A DNA stretch of 64,000 nucleotides from Clostridia bacterium (GTDB taxonomy: Bacteria; Bacillota; Clostridia; Oscillospirales; CAG-272), in NCBI GenBank assembly GCA_017428635.1, contig JAFRQK010000046.1, positions 4,874 through 68,873 on the forward strand. The letters are read 5' to 3'. Shown piece by piece: positions 9,484 through 18,260 of this stretch; position 1 is the first letter of the stretch; each line of letters begins with the position of its first letter. Position numbers and translations under genes: made by a program. Below the pieces are notes generated by a model. That model was not told the DNA's origin and ran no database searches. It was given only the letters and a program-made list of their open reading frames with translations.

Positions 9484-11355
9484 TTAGTTTATACGTTTAT
9501 TTTTGACCGTCAGAGCACGGGCGGAGTTCAGGACGGCGAGGATCATAACGCCGACGTCGGCGAAGATCGCGACCCACATACCGGCGATACCGAGCGCGCC
9601 GAGGATAAGGCACGCCGCCTTGACCGCGAGGGAAAAGACGACGTTCTCTTTCGCGATACGGACCGTCTTTCGGGCGATCCTCACGGCGAGCGGAAGCCGT
9701 CTCACGTCGTCGTCCATTATCACGACGTCCGCCGCTTCGATCGCGGCGTCCGAGCCGAGCGCGCCCATAGCGACGCCGACGTCGGCGCGCGCGAGGACGG
9801 GCGCGTCGTTGATGCCGTCGCCCGCGTAAACGAGAGGCGACGTTTCCTTCATTATCGTTTCGAGTTCGCCGACCTTGTCGGCGGGGAGGAGACCCGCGCG
9901 GACGGAGCCGACGCCTACGGCGTCGCCGACGATGCGTGCGGATACCTCACGGTCGCCCGTGAGCATATACGTCTTTTTCACGCCGAGCGCGCCGAGGGCG
10001 GCGAGCGCGTCTTTCGCGCTCTCTTTTACCGTGTCGGAAGCTGTTATAGTCCCCTCTTCAACCCCGTCGATCACGACGGAGACGGTGACGCCCGGGGAAT
10101 CCTGCGGGGCGGCGGACTCACTCTTGCCGACGAACACGCGCCTGCCGAGGACGAGCGCCTCGACGCCGCGGCCGGGTATCTCCGTGAGCTCCGACACGTC
10201 GCCGGAAGCGGGAGTTTCGGGACATTCGGCTCGGATGCAGACGCCGACGGGGTGAGTGCTGACGGATTCCGCAAACGCGGCGTATTTTATAAGTTCTTCC
10301 CTGCCGATCCCGCCTTTCGTTTCAACGTTCGTCACGCGGAATTTGCCCTCGGTCAGCGTACCGGTCTTGTCGAAGACCGCGCCTTCGGCTTTCGCGAGAA
10401 GTTCAAGGTAATTTGCGCCTTTGACCAGAATACCGTTCTTTGAAGCGCATCCGATACCGCCGAAAAACGCCATCGGGACGGACAGAACGAGCGCGCAGGG
10501 ACAGGAGACGACGAGGAAAGTGAGCGCGCGGCCGATCCATTCCCGCCAGGCGGGATCGCCGCGTGAGATCAGCGACGCGAGCGGCGGGATCAGCGCGAGC
10601 GCGAGAGCCGTGCCGCAGACGGCGGGAGTGTAGTATTTCGCGAAGCGGGTGATGAACGCCTCGGGGCGCGATTTGCGCGAAGCGGAGTCCTCGACGAGTT
10701 CGAGGATGCGCGTCACGGTCGAGTCGGTGAACTCTTTGGTCGTTCTGACCTTGATCGCGCCGGTCACGTTGACGCATCCGCTGATCACCTGATCGCCTTC
10801 TCCCGCCTCGACGGGGATCGCCTCTCCGGTAAGAGCGACGGCGTCGAGCGTCGTTTTCCCTTCGATTATTACGCCGTCAAGCGGAATCCGCTCGCCGGGA
10901 TATACGGCTATGACAGAACCTAAGGCGACGTCCTCCGGGTCGACCACCGTCACGCCGTTCTCGCCTACGAGGTTCGCCGTGTCGGGTCTGATCTCGGTCA
11001 GCGCGGCGACGCTCTTTCTGCTCTTGCCGACGGCGACGCTCTGGAAAAGTTCGCCCGTCTGGTAGAAGATCATTACCGCCGCCGCCTCGGAGAACTCGGT
11101 CAGCGCCATCGCCCCGAGGGAGGCTATCGCCATAAGGAAATTCTCGTCGAAGATCCGTCCGCGGACGACGCCGAGCGCGGCTTTGCGCAGAACGTCGTAA
11201 CCCGCGACGATATACGAGGCGATAAGGATACCGCGTCCGATCCACGGCAGCGACGGGGAAAGGAAGAGCGCGCCGACGCCGACGGCGAAAACGGTCGCGG
11301 AGAGGATGATACGGATCAGGAGCCGTTTTTGCTTTTTCGTGAACTTATATTTCAT
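9484..11355 (-). CDS. cadA: Heavy-metal (Cd/Zn-type) P1B-type ATPase
   Basis: 623 aa with the CPC transmembrane metal motif (VVSCPCALV), DKTGTLT phosphorylation site and GDGINDAP hinge. Confidence 0.9.
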   Translation of the reverse strand: MKYKFTKKQKRLLIRIILSATVFAVGVGALFLSPSLPWIGRGILIASYIVAGYDVLRKAALGVVRGRIFDENFLMAIASLGAMALTEFSEAAAVMIFYQTGELFQSVAVGKSRKSVAALTEIRPDTANLVGENGVTVVDPEDVALGSVIAVYPGERIPLDGVIIEGKTTLDAVALTGEAIPVEAGEGDQVISGCVNVTGAIKVRTTKEFTDSTVTRILELVEDSASRKSRPEAFITRFAKYYTPAVCGTALALALIPPLASLISRGDPAWREWIGRALTFLVVSCPCALVLSVPMAFFGGIGCASKNGILVKGANYLELLAKAEGAVFDKTGTLTEGKFRVTNVETKGGIGREELIKYAAFAESVSTHPVGVCIRAECPETPASGDVSELTEIPGRGVEALVLGRRVFVGKSESAAPQDSPGVTVSVVIDGVEEGTITASDTVKESAKDALAALGALGVKKTYMLTGDREVSARIVGDAVGVGSVRAGLLPADKVGELETIMKETSPLVYAGDGINDAPVLARADVGVAMGALGSDAAIEAADVVIMDDDVRRLPLAVRIARKTVRIAKENVVFSLAVKAACLILGALGIAGMWVAIFADVGVMILAVLNSARALTVKNKRIN

Positions 11356-11358
11356 AGA

Positions 11359-11577
11359 TCAAAAGATAATCTCGCAGTCGCTTTCCACTTTTTTGCAGCG
11401 TTTCAGCGCTTCTTTCATGACGGCGGATTCGTCCGCGCCTTCTACGAATTCGACTTTGAGTTTGAGCGTCATAAAGTTGAGGGTCGCCGAGGCGACGCCG
11501 GGCGTGCCCTTAACAGCCTCTTCCATTTTAGCCGCGCAGTTCGCGCAGTCGACCTCGACGGGATACGTTTTTTTCAT
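11359..11577 (-). CDS. Heavy-metal-associated (HMA) domain protein
   Basis: I use the internal Met of track ORF 11359..11763. This gives MKKTYPVEVDCANCAAKMEEAV... (72 aa) with a CxxC metal-binding motif. The longer ORF would overlap the ArsR gene. Confidence 0.8.
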   Translation of the reverse strand: MKKTYPVEVDCANCAAKMEEAVKGTPGVASATLNFMTLKLKVEFVEGADESAVMKEALKRCKKVESDCEIIF

Positions 11578-11593
11578 AGTTCTTCGTCCTTTC

Positions 11594-11965
11594 TCATTCC
11601 TCGACGTGTTCCATACCCATCGAGAGTATCGTCCTGACGTGATCGTCGTCAAGCGAGTAGAAGATGATCTTTCCCTCGCGTCTGAACCTGACGAGTTTGG
11701 CGTCTTTGAGTATTTTGAGCTGATGGCTGACGGCGGACGGACTGAGCGCGAGGATGCCCGCAAGGTCGCCGACGCACAGTTCGCTCTCGAAAAGCGCGTA
11801 GAGGATGCGTATCCTCGTAGAGTCGCCGAACACCTTGAACAGTTCGGCGAGGTCGTAAAGATATTCGTCCGCCGGCTGGCGATCGAGCACCCTTTTCACG
11901 ACGTCTTCGTGAACGGCGAGATAATCGGTCTCCCTCGCGGCGTTATCGGGCTGAGCGTTCGTCAT
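11594..11965 (-). CDS. ArsR/SmtB-family metalloregulator
   Basis: LFKVFGDSTRIRILYAL...CVGDLAGILALSPSAVSHQLKILK is the canonical ArsR wHTH. Confidence 0.9.
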   Translation of the reverse strand: MTNAQPDNAARETDYLAVHEDVVKRVLDRQPADEYLYDLAELFKVFGDSTRIRILYALFESELCVGDLAGILALSPSAVSHQLKILKDAKLVRFRREGKIIFYSLDDDHVRTILSMGMEHVEE

Positions 11966-11989
11966 TTTCGTGTTCCTCCCGGTTTCGTT

Positions 11990-12031
11990 TGTTCATTTGA
12001 ACATTTTTACATCTGTTCATATGTTATTATA
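11990..12031 (-). promoter_or_regulatory. Putative ArsR/SmtB operator palindrome plus -10 box
   Basis: TGTTCATTTGAACA (a perfect 6-2-6 palindrome, 11990-12003) and a further TGTTCA (12014-12019). A minus-strand TATAAT lies at 12026-12031. Confidence 0.45.
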
Positions 12032-12139
12032 TTCCCTCCCGGGACGCTTGTCAACTGTTTTTTGAAATTTCCGCGTATTTTTTTCGAAAAACATGAGAAT
12101 ACTACGAAACGACGATAAGTCACCGAAAGGATCATAACA

Positions 12140-12322
12140 ATGAACGATTGTAAGAAAAACCACTGTATCGAATGTTCCGTCAAGCAGTGCGCGAACCACG
12201 CGGGGAGCGAGGACTACTGCGCGCTCGATAAAGTAAGGATCGGCACGCACGAGGCGAATCCGACCGTTTCGCAGTGCGTCGACTGCGAGTCTTTCGTGCT
12301 CGGAACGGCGAAGAAAGACTAA
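12140..12322 (+). CDS. DUF1540-like cysteine-rich small protein
   Basis: 60 aa with two Cx2C...C...C repeats (CIECSVKQCANH / CVDCESF). Confidence 0.7.
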   Translation: MNDCKKNHCIECSVKQCANHAGSEDYCALDKVRIGTHEANPTVSQCVDCESFVLGTAKKD

Positions 12323-12533
12323 CGAACGCGGAGCGTTCAATTCACGACGGCATTTGCCGTCAATTCATGAGCCCCGCTTTTCAGCGGGGCTCAATTCATG
12401 CGCGAAGCGCAATTCGATTATTTGAATGAATTGTCTCTTTCAAGAAAGAGACGTGAATTGGTTTTTCGCTGTCGCTCAAAACCGTGAATTGCCGTTTTTT
12501 CAAAACGGCATAAATTGTCCCTTCGGGACATGA
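12323..12533. repeat. Mirror-symmetric array of 8 different hairpins, each abutting a CAATTCAYG-type motif
   Basis: It fills the whole intergenic space between the convergent DUF1540 and purA genes. There are four forward motif copies (12339, 12361, 12392, 12411) and four reverse-complement copies (12425, 12452, 12483, 12509). See findings. Confidence 0.7.
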
Positions 12534-13811
12534 TCACATATAAATTATCGCGTCGCGTGCGGCGCCGACGGAGACGTATTTTATCGGGACGCCGACGGCT
12601 TTTTCGATGTAGCGGACGTACTTTCTCGCGTTCTCCGGAAGATCGTCGAACTTGCGGCATCCGGAGATATCGCAGCCCCAGCCGTCAAAATACTCGGTGA
12701 CGGGCTTCGCCCTGTTAAGGCGCGATCCGTGCGGGAAGAAGTCGCACTCTTCCCCGTCGATCAGGTATTTGACCGTCACGGGGATCCGATCGAGGTACGA
12801 GAGAACGTCGAGTTTGGTCAGAGCGATCGAGTCGGCTCCCTGCATCATCGCGCCGTATTTCGACGCGACGACATCGAACCCGCCTACGCGGCGGGGTCTG
12901 CCGGTAGCCGCGCCGTATTCGCCGCCCGCCTCGCGGAGGGCGTCGCCCTCCTCGCCGAAGAGTTCGCAGGTGAACGGGCCCGCGCCGACGCAGCTCGAAT
13001 ACGCTTTCATTATGCCGACCGTCTCGGTGAGAGAGACGAACGGGACGCCCGCCCCGATTGGCGCGTACGACGCGATCGTTGACGAGGACGAGGTGAACGG
13101 ATAGATGCCGAAGTCGATGTCGCGGAGCGCGCCGAGCTGCGCCTCGAACATTATCGATTTACCTTCTTTGACGGCACCCGAGAGGTACGCGGTGGTATCC
13201 GTGATGAACTCTTTGAGCGGCGAGCCGAACTCGTCGAGCCATTTCTTCATCGCGCCCACGTCGACCGCGGGAGCGCGGTAGCCGTCGCGGACCGTGATGT
13301 TCTTCCACTCGACGATCGCGTCGATGCGCTCGTCGATATACCCGGGATCGAGAAGATCGCCGAGACGGAACGCCTTTTTCATATATTTGTCGGCGTACAC
13401 CGGCGCGATGCCGCGGCGGGTGGAGCCGAATCCGCCCGCTCCGAGGCGGTCCTCCTCGAGACAGTCGAGGAGTTTGTGATACGGCATGCAGACCGTCGCT
13501 CTGTCGCTGATTTTCAGATTTTCGGGAGTGACTTTAACTCCCCTCTCGCGGAGGCGTCCGATCTCGCCGCAGAGATGCTCGAGGTCGACGACCATGCCGG
13601 GTCCCATCACGTTGACGCAGTCCTCTCTGAGGATGCCGGACGGGAGCAGGTTGAGGATGAACTGTCCTCTGTCGTTGACGACGGTGTGTCCGGCGTTGTT
13701 TCCTCCCTGATACCTGACTACGACGTCGAACTCGCCCGCGAAGAGGTCGACCATACGGCCCTTGCCCTCGTCGCCCCAGTTTACGCCGACTACGGCGGTT
13801 ATTCTGCCCAT
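12534..13811 (-). CDS. purA: Adenylosuccinate synthase
   Basis: GVNWGDEGKGRMVDL...QGGNNAGHTV N-terminal signature; 425 aa. Confidence 0.95.
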   Translation of the reverse strand: MGRITAVVGVNWGDEGKGRMVDLFAGEFDVVVRYQGGNNAGHTVVNDRGQFILNLLPSGILREDCVNVMGPGMVVDLEHLCGEIGRLRERGVKVTPENLKISDRATVCMPYHKLLDCLEEDRLGAGGFGSTRRGIAPVYADKYMKKAFRLGDLLDPGYIDERIDAIVEWKNITVRDGYRAPAVDVGAMKKWLDEFGSPLKEFITDTTAYLSGAVKEGKSIMFEAQLGALRDIDFGIYPFTSSSSTIASYAPIGAGVPFVSLTETVGIMKAYSSCVGAGPFTCELFGEEGDALREAGGEYGAATGRPRRVGGFDVVASKYGAMMQGADSIALTKLDVLSYLDRIPVTVKYLIDGEECDFFPHGSRLNRAKPVTEYFDGWGCDISGCRKFDDLPENARKYVRYIEKAVGVPIKYVSVGAARDAIIYM

Positions 13812-13827
13812 TTTCGTTTCCTTTCCG

Positions 13828-15264
13828 TTATACGTTTATCTCTATCTCTTCGGTCTCTTCCGCGCCGTATTTTTCAAGCAGCGGGTCGACGACTTCGGAT
13901 AAATATTCCCTCGTCTGTTCCGGGGCTCTGCCGACGAACGATCTGACGTCGCAAAGACGGTCGAGTTCCTCCCGCGTGATACCGAAGCGCGGGTCCGCCT
14001 CGATGCGGTCGAGCAGGTCGTTTTTCGCGCCGGTCTGTTTTATCTCTTTCGCGCAGGCGACGGAGTGCTCCCTGATCGCCTCGTGAAGCTCCTGTCTGTT
14101 GCCGCCCTTCTTAGTACAGTACATAAGGACGTTTTCGGTCGCGATGAACGGGATCTCGTCGTCGAGATGGCGCTTCATCACTCCGGGGTAGACCGTGCCG
14201 CCCGAGACCACGTTCGTCAGCAGACGCAGGATCGCGTCCGTCGCGAGGAACGCCTCGGGAACGGAGATCCTCTTGTTGGCGGAGTCGTCGAGCGTTCTCT
14301 CGAACCACTGGGACGCCGCGGTGAAGGCGGGATTCAAAAGGTCGGTCATCACGTAGCGGGCGAGCGACATGATGCGCTCGCTTCTCATTGGGTTGCGTTT
14401 GTAAGCCATAGCCGAAGAGCCGATCTGCCCTTTCTCAAACGGCTCGTCGAACTCCTTGAGATGAGACAGAAGACGGATATCGTTCGAGAATTTCGCCGCG
14501 CTCTGCGCTATACCCGCGAGAACGGAGAGAACGTCGAAATCGACCTTGCGGGAGTACGTTTGGCACGAGACCGGATAGCACCCGGGAAAGTTCATTTTCT
14601 CGGCGATAAGAGCGTCGAGTTTTTTGACTTTTTCGTGGTCGCCCTCGAAGAGTTTGAGGAAGCTCGCGCCCGTTCCGGTCGTTCCCTTGCACCCGAGCAG
14701 GCGGAGGCCCGAAAGACGGAATTCAAGGGAGTTAAGGTCGGAGACGAGATCCTGTATCCAGAGGACGGCGCGTTTGCCGACGGTCGTCGGCTGAGCCGCC
14801 TGAAAGTGCGTATAAGCGAGCGTCGGGGTATCGGCCTGCTCGCGAGCGAACTTCGCAGCGGCGCGGATCGCCGTGACGAGCAGTTTCCTGATCTCAAGGA
14901 GCGCGTCGCGCATGAGGATAAGGTCGGTGTTGTCGCCGACGTAGCACGACGTTGCGCCGAGATGGATGATGCCCGCGGCGTTCGGGCATACGTCGCCGTA
15001 CGCCTTCACGTGAGCCATAACGTCGTGGCGGACTTCTTTTTCGTAGCGCGCCGCAGCGTCGTAGTCGATATTATATATATTTTCTCGCAGTTCTTCGATC
15101 TGCTCATTCGTGATCGGGATGCCGAGTTCAGCCTCCGCCTCGGCGAGAGCGACCCAGAGTTTTCTCCACGTCGAGAACTTGCGGTCGGGCGAGAAGATCC
15201 TTTTCATCTCGTCCCCGGCGTAGCGGGAGCAGAGCGGGCTTTCGTAAAATTCTTTTTTATCCAT
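13828..15264 (-). CDS. purB: Adenylosuccinate lyase
   Basis: 478 aa lyase_1 family with the GSSAMAYKRNP signature. Confidence 0.95.
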   Translation of the reverse strand: MDKKEFYESPLCSRYAGDEMKRIFSPDRKFSTWRKLWVALAEAEAELGIPITNEQIEELRENIYNIDYDAAARYEKEVRHDVMAHVKAYGDVCPNAAGIIHLGATSCYVGDNTDLILMRDALLEIRKLLVTAIRAAAKFAREQADTPTLAYTHFQAAQPTTVGKRAVLWIQDLVSDLNSLEFRLSGLRLLGCKGTTGTGASFLKLFEGDHEKVKKLDALIAEKMNFPGCYPVSCQTYSRKVDFDVLSVLAGIAQSAAKFSNDIRLLSHLKEFDEPFEKGQIGSSAMAYKRNPMRSERIMSLARYVMTDLLNPAFTAASQWFERTLDDSANKRISVPEAFLATDAILRLLTNVVSGGTVYPGVMKRHLDDEIPFIATENVLMYCTKKGGNRQELHEAIREHSVACAKEIKQTGAKNDLLDRIEADPRFGITREELDRLCDVRSFVGRAPEQTREYLSEVVDPLLEKYGAEETEEIEINV

Positions 15265-16645
15265 TTTCCTTACCTTTCTGCGACTTCGCGAGAAGCGTCA
15301 GGGCGTCGTAAATGCCCGCCATGCCGTAAAGATCGCATCCCTCGGCTTTTTGCACTCCGTTTTTGCCTCCGACCTGCTTTTTAGGCAGGGCGATCTTGCC
15401 GAAGCCGAGCCGCTTCGCCTCGGCGACGCGCTGCGGGACGGACGGGACCGATCTGAACTCGCCCGCGAGTCCTATCTCGCCTACGGCGATCAGATCGTCG
15501 GGAACGGGGATATCCTTGAGCGAGGAGATGAGCGCGAGGACGATCGCCGCGTCGGCGGCGGTGTCGTCGATCCTCATTCCTCCGACGACGTTCAGAAAGA
15601 CGTCATGATTTGAAAACCGCAGCCCGAGCCGTTTTTCGATCACGGCGAGCAGCAGGCACATCCTGTTGTAGTCGATCCCGTCAGCCGTTCTGCGCGGCGT
15701 GGGATAGACGGTCGGCGTGACGAGCGCCTGAACTTCGGCGATCAGCGGTCTGGTCCCCTCGAGAATGCAGGCGGCGCAGCTGCCGGGCACGCCCTCGGGT
15801 CTGCCTTCAAGGAGCATCGAGGAGGGGTTGTCCACCGAGACGAGCCCTTCGCCCGTCATATCGAAAACGCCGATCTCGTTCGTGCTTCCGTATCTGTTCT
15901 TGACCGCGCGGACGATGCGGTGCGGCGCGCCGCGGTCGCCCTCGAAGGAGATCACCGCGTCGACCATGTGCTCGAGCACTTTGGGCCCCGCGATGCCGCC
16001 CTCCTTGTTGACGTGGCCGACGATCAGGAGCGACGCGCCGTCCGTTTTGACCCTCGAGATGAGGGCAGCGGCGCACTCTCTGACCTGAGTCACGCTTCCC
16101 TGCGCCGATCCTACGGCGGAGGAGTTGAGGGTCTGTATCGAGTCGATAATGAGGATATCGGGGTTTATTCGCGTATATTCGGACAGTATCTCTTCAAGGG
16201 AGATCTCGTTCTGAACGAAGAGTTTCTCGGGGTCGACCGAGAGGCGGTCGGCGCGAAGACGGAGCTGCGCGCGGCTTTCCTCTCCGGAAACGTATAGGAT
16301 CTTCAGCCTGTCGCCGAGTTTGCCGCAAAGCTGCATGAGGAGCGTCGACTTGCCGATGCCCGGCTCGCCCGCGACGAGGACGGCGGATCCGACGACGAGG
16401 CCGCCGCCGAGAACGCGGTCGAACTCAGCGATGCCCGTCTCAACCCTCATGTACTCGGGGATCCGCATCTCGCGGAACGGCTCGGCGCGGTCGCCCGTCG
16501 CCTTGCCCGCCGACTGTTCTTTTTTCTCTTCGTACGTTTCCTCGGCAAAAGAATTCCAAGCGCCGCATCCGGGACATCTGCCGAGCCACTTCGGGCTCTG
16601 GTACCCGCATTCGGTACACGAGAATACTGTCTTCGGTGCTTTCAT
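15257..16645 (-). CDS. radA: DNA repair protein RadA/Sms
   Basis: N-terminal zinc ribbon CTECGYQSPKWLGRCPGCGAWN, Walker A GEPGIGKST, and a Lon-like C-terminus. Confidence 0.95.
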   Translation of the reverse strand: MKAPKTVFSCTECGYQSPKWLGRCPGCGAWNSFAEETYEEKKEQSAGKATGDRAEPFREMRIPEYMRVETGIAEFDRVLGGGLVVGSAVLVAGEPGIGKSTLLMQLCGKLGDRLKILYVSGEESRAQLRLRADRLSVDPEKLFVQNEISLEEILSEYTRINPDILIIDSIQTLNSSAVGSAQGSVTQVRECAAALISRVKTDGASLLIVGHVNKEGGIAGPKVLEHMVDAVISFEGDRGAPHRIVRAVKNRYGSTNEIGVFDMTGEGLVSVDNPSSMLLEGRPEGVPGSCAACILEGTRPLIAEVQALVTPTVYPTPRRTADGIDYNRMCLLLAVIEKRLGLRFSNHDVFLNVVGGMRIDDTAADAAIVLALISSLKDIPVPDDLIAVGEIGLAGEFRSVPSVPQRVAEAKRLGFGKIALPKKQVGGKNGVQKAEGCDLYGMAGIYDALTLLAKSQKGKENG

Positions 16646-16649
16646 TTCT

Positions 16650-17396
16650 CTATCCTTTACTGTTCATATATTCTCCGACCGCGGCGAAAATAACGCACGC
16701 GACTGACGCCCTGTATTCGGGCGTTTTGAGAGCGTCAAGCTCGTCGCCGTTCGAGATGAATCCGCATTCGGCGAGAAGGGCGGGCATTTTCGCTCTGTTC
16801 AGAAGGTATATCGAAGAATTCGCTTTTTTGGATTCTTTCCGGTTGTCCGGCTGAAGATTTTCGTTCACGTACTCCTGTACGAGAGACGCCGCGGCGCGGC
16901 TTTCCTCTCCGTTCGGGGAATAAAAGACGTGAATGCCGTGAACGGAGGGGTCGGGGAACTTGTTTGCGTGGACCGAGAGCAGAAGCGCGGCGTCCGCCTC
17001 TTCGGCGACGCGCAGACGCGCCCGAAGGTCGCGCGCTTTTCTGCCGCCCGCGGTATCGTCCGGAAAACGGTCGGCGAGCGATTCGTCGGAGTCTCTGGTC
17101 ATCACGGACGGTACGCCGAACAAAAGACAGAGGGCGTCGATATCCTTCGCTATCGCGAGGTCGATATCCGCTTCTTTCGTGCCGTCCGCCGCCGCGGCTC
17201 CTCCGTCCTCCCCGCCGTGACCGGGGTCGATGACGAGGACGCGCGCGGGCGACGCTCCGTCCGCTTCCGCCGACGTTTTTACGACGGAGACCGGAGCCTT
17301 CGCGCCGCGGACGAACGAATAGACCGTACCCGAGAACGTGAGAAGGATCGCTCCCACGAGGACGATCCCGACGATGCCGGAAAAATCTTTTTTCAA
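16650..17396 (-). CDS. cwlD: N-acetylmuramoyl-L-alanine amidase (CwlD-like)
   Basis: TM anchor followed by VIDPGHGGEDGGA...SVHANKF, Amidase_3 motifs. Confidence 0.8.
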   Translation of the reverse strand: MKKDFSGIVGIVLVGAILLTFSGTVYSFVRGAKAPVSVVKTSAEADGASPARVLVIDPGHGGEDGGAAAADGTKEADIDLAIAKDIDALCLLFGVPSVMTRDSDESLADRFPDDTAGGRKARDLRARLRVAEEADAALLLSVHANKFPDPSVHGIHVFYSPNGEESRAAASLVQEYVNENLQPDNRKESKKANSSIYLLNRAKMPALLAECGFISNGDELDALKTPEYRASVACVIFAAVGEYMNSKG

Positions 17397-17466
17397 ATCA
17401 CAGCCTTCCTTTCGGGGGAGGTTTCCCCGAGAGGATGGTATGAAAAACGCTTATTATCTATTACTG

Positions 17467-17940
17467 TCAGCGAACGAACTCGTCCCGCAGGATCGCCGCT
17501 ACGCCGACGGAGGCGTAATCGCCCTTGACGAAAATGAAATCGCGGAGGATACCCTCGAACTTCATCCCGACTTTCTGCATGACGCGCAGGCTCTTCTCGT
17601 TGCCGACCATATAGTGCGCCTCGATTCGGTGAAGACCGAGATAACCGAACCCGAACCGCAAAACTGCGCGGAGCGCCTCGGGCGCGAGCTCTTCGCCCCA
17701 GCGGGAGCGGTTGAGCACGTAGCCGACCTCGGCGGAGTTCGCGGCGAGGTTGAACGAGGTAAAGCCGCACGTGCCGATCATCTTTCCCGTCGATTTTTCA
17801 ACGACCGCCCAGTCGTAGTAATCGCCGCTTTTGTATCGCGGAAGAGCGTACGCGAGGAACTTGAGCGCGTCGCGCTCGTCTTCGTAGTACGACCACGTCA
17901 GGTACTTCGTGACCTCGGGATCACGGGCGTATTCGTACAA
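17467..17940 (-). CDS. GNAT N-acetyltransferase (RimJ/RimL-like); true start probably upstream
   Basis: The track ORF starts at TTG. The in-frame upstream sequence encodes ...TLETRRLTLRKLKKSDRAD, the conserved first strand of this family, but no ATG/GTG/TTG precedes it (see findings). Confidence 0.8.
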   Translation of the reverse strand: MYEYARDPEVTKYLTWSYYEDERDALKFLAYALPRYKSGDYYDWAVVEKSTGKMIGTCGFTSFNLAANSAEVGYVLNRSRWGEELAPEALRAVLRFGFGYLGLHRIEAHYMVGNEKSLRVMQKVGMKFEGILRDFIFVKGDYASVGVAAILRDEFVR

Positions 17941-18111
17941 GTCGGCGCGGTCGCTCTTTTTGAGTTTGCGGAGCGTCAGCCGTCTCGTCTCGAGGGTCGG
18001 AGGGTCCCTGAAAACGCGTTTGAGTTCTTCTTTGTCCGTACGCCGTCCCTCCCCTCTCTATATCCAATCTATTTTACCATAAAGGGAGCGTTTACACAAC
18101 ATTTTTTTGAG

Positions 18112-18140
18112 TTGACAAACAATAACTTTCAGTATATAAT
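18112..18140 (+). promoter_or_regulatory. Putative sigma-A promoter of hydG-hydF
   Basis: TTGACA-17 nt-TATAAT. Confidence 0.5.
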
Positions 18141-18260
18141 TATCGTGACGGTACGTCTGATGGCAAAGATTTTCTGAGCCCGAAGATGCTTATATCTGAT
18201 CTTTATCCACCGACAGCCGCGCCGTCGGTTTTTTTTATTGGTCTGACAGGAGGAGAAAGA

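Noticed and set aside
12323-12533. Possibility that the hairpin/motif array is a CRISPR array
   Set aside because: The conserved unit is only 8-9 nt, it flips orientation halfway, the intervening segments are themselves palindromes of 11-26 nt, and there are no cas genes. I found no CRISPR array anywhere in the window.
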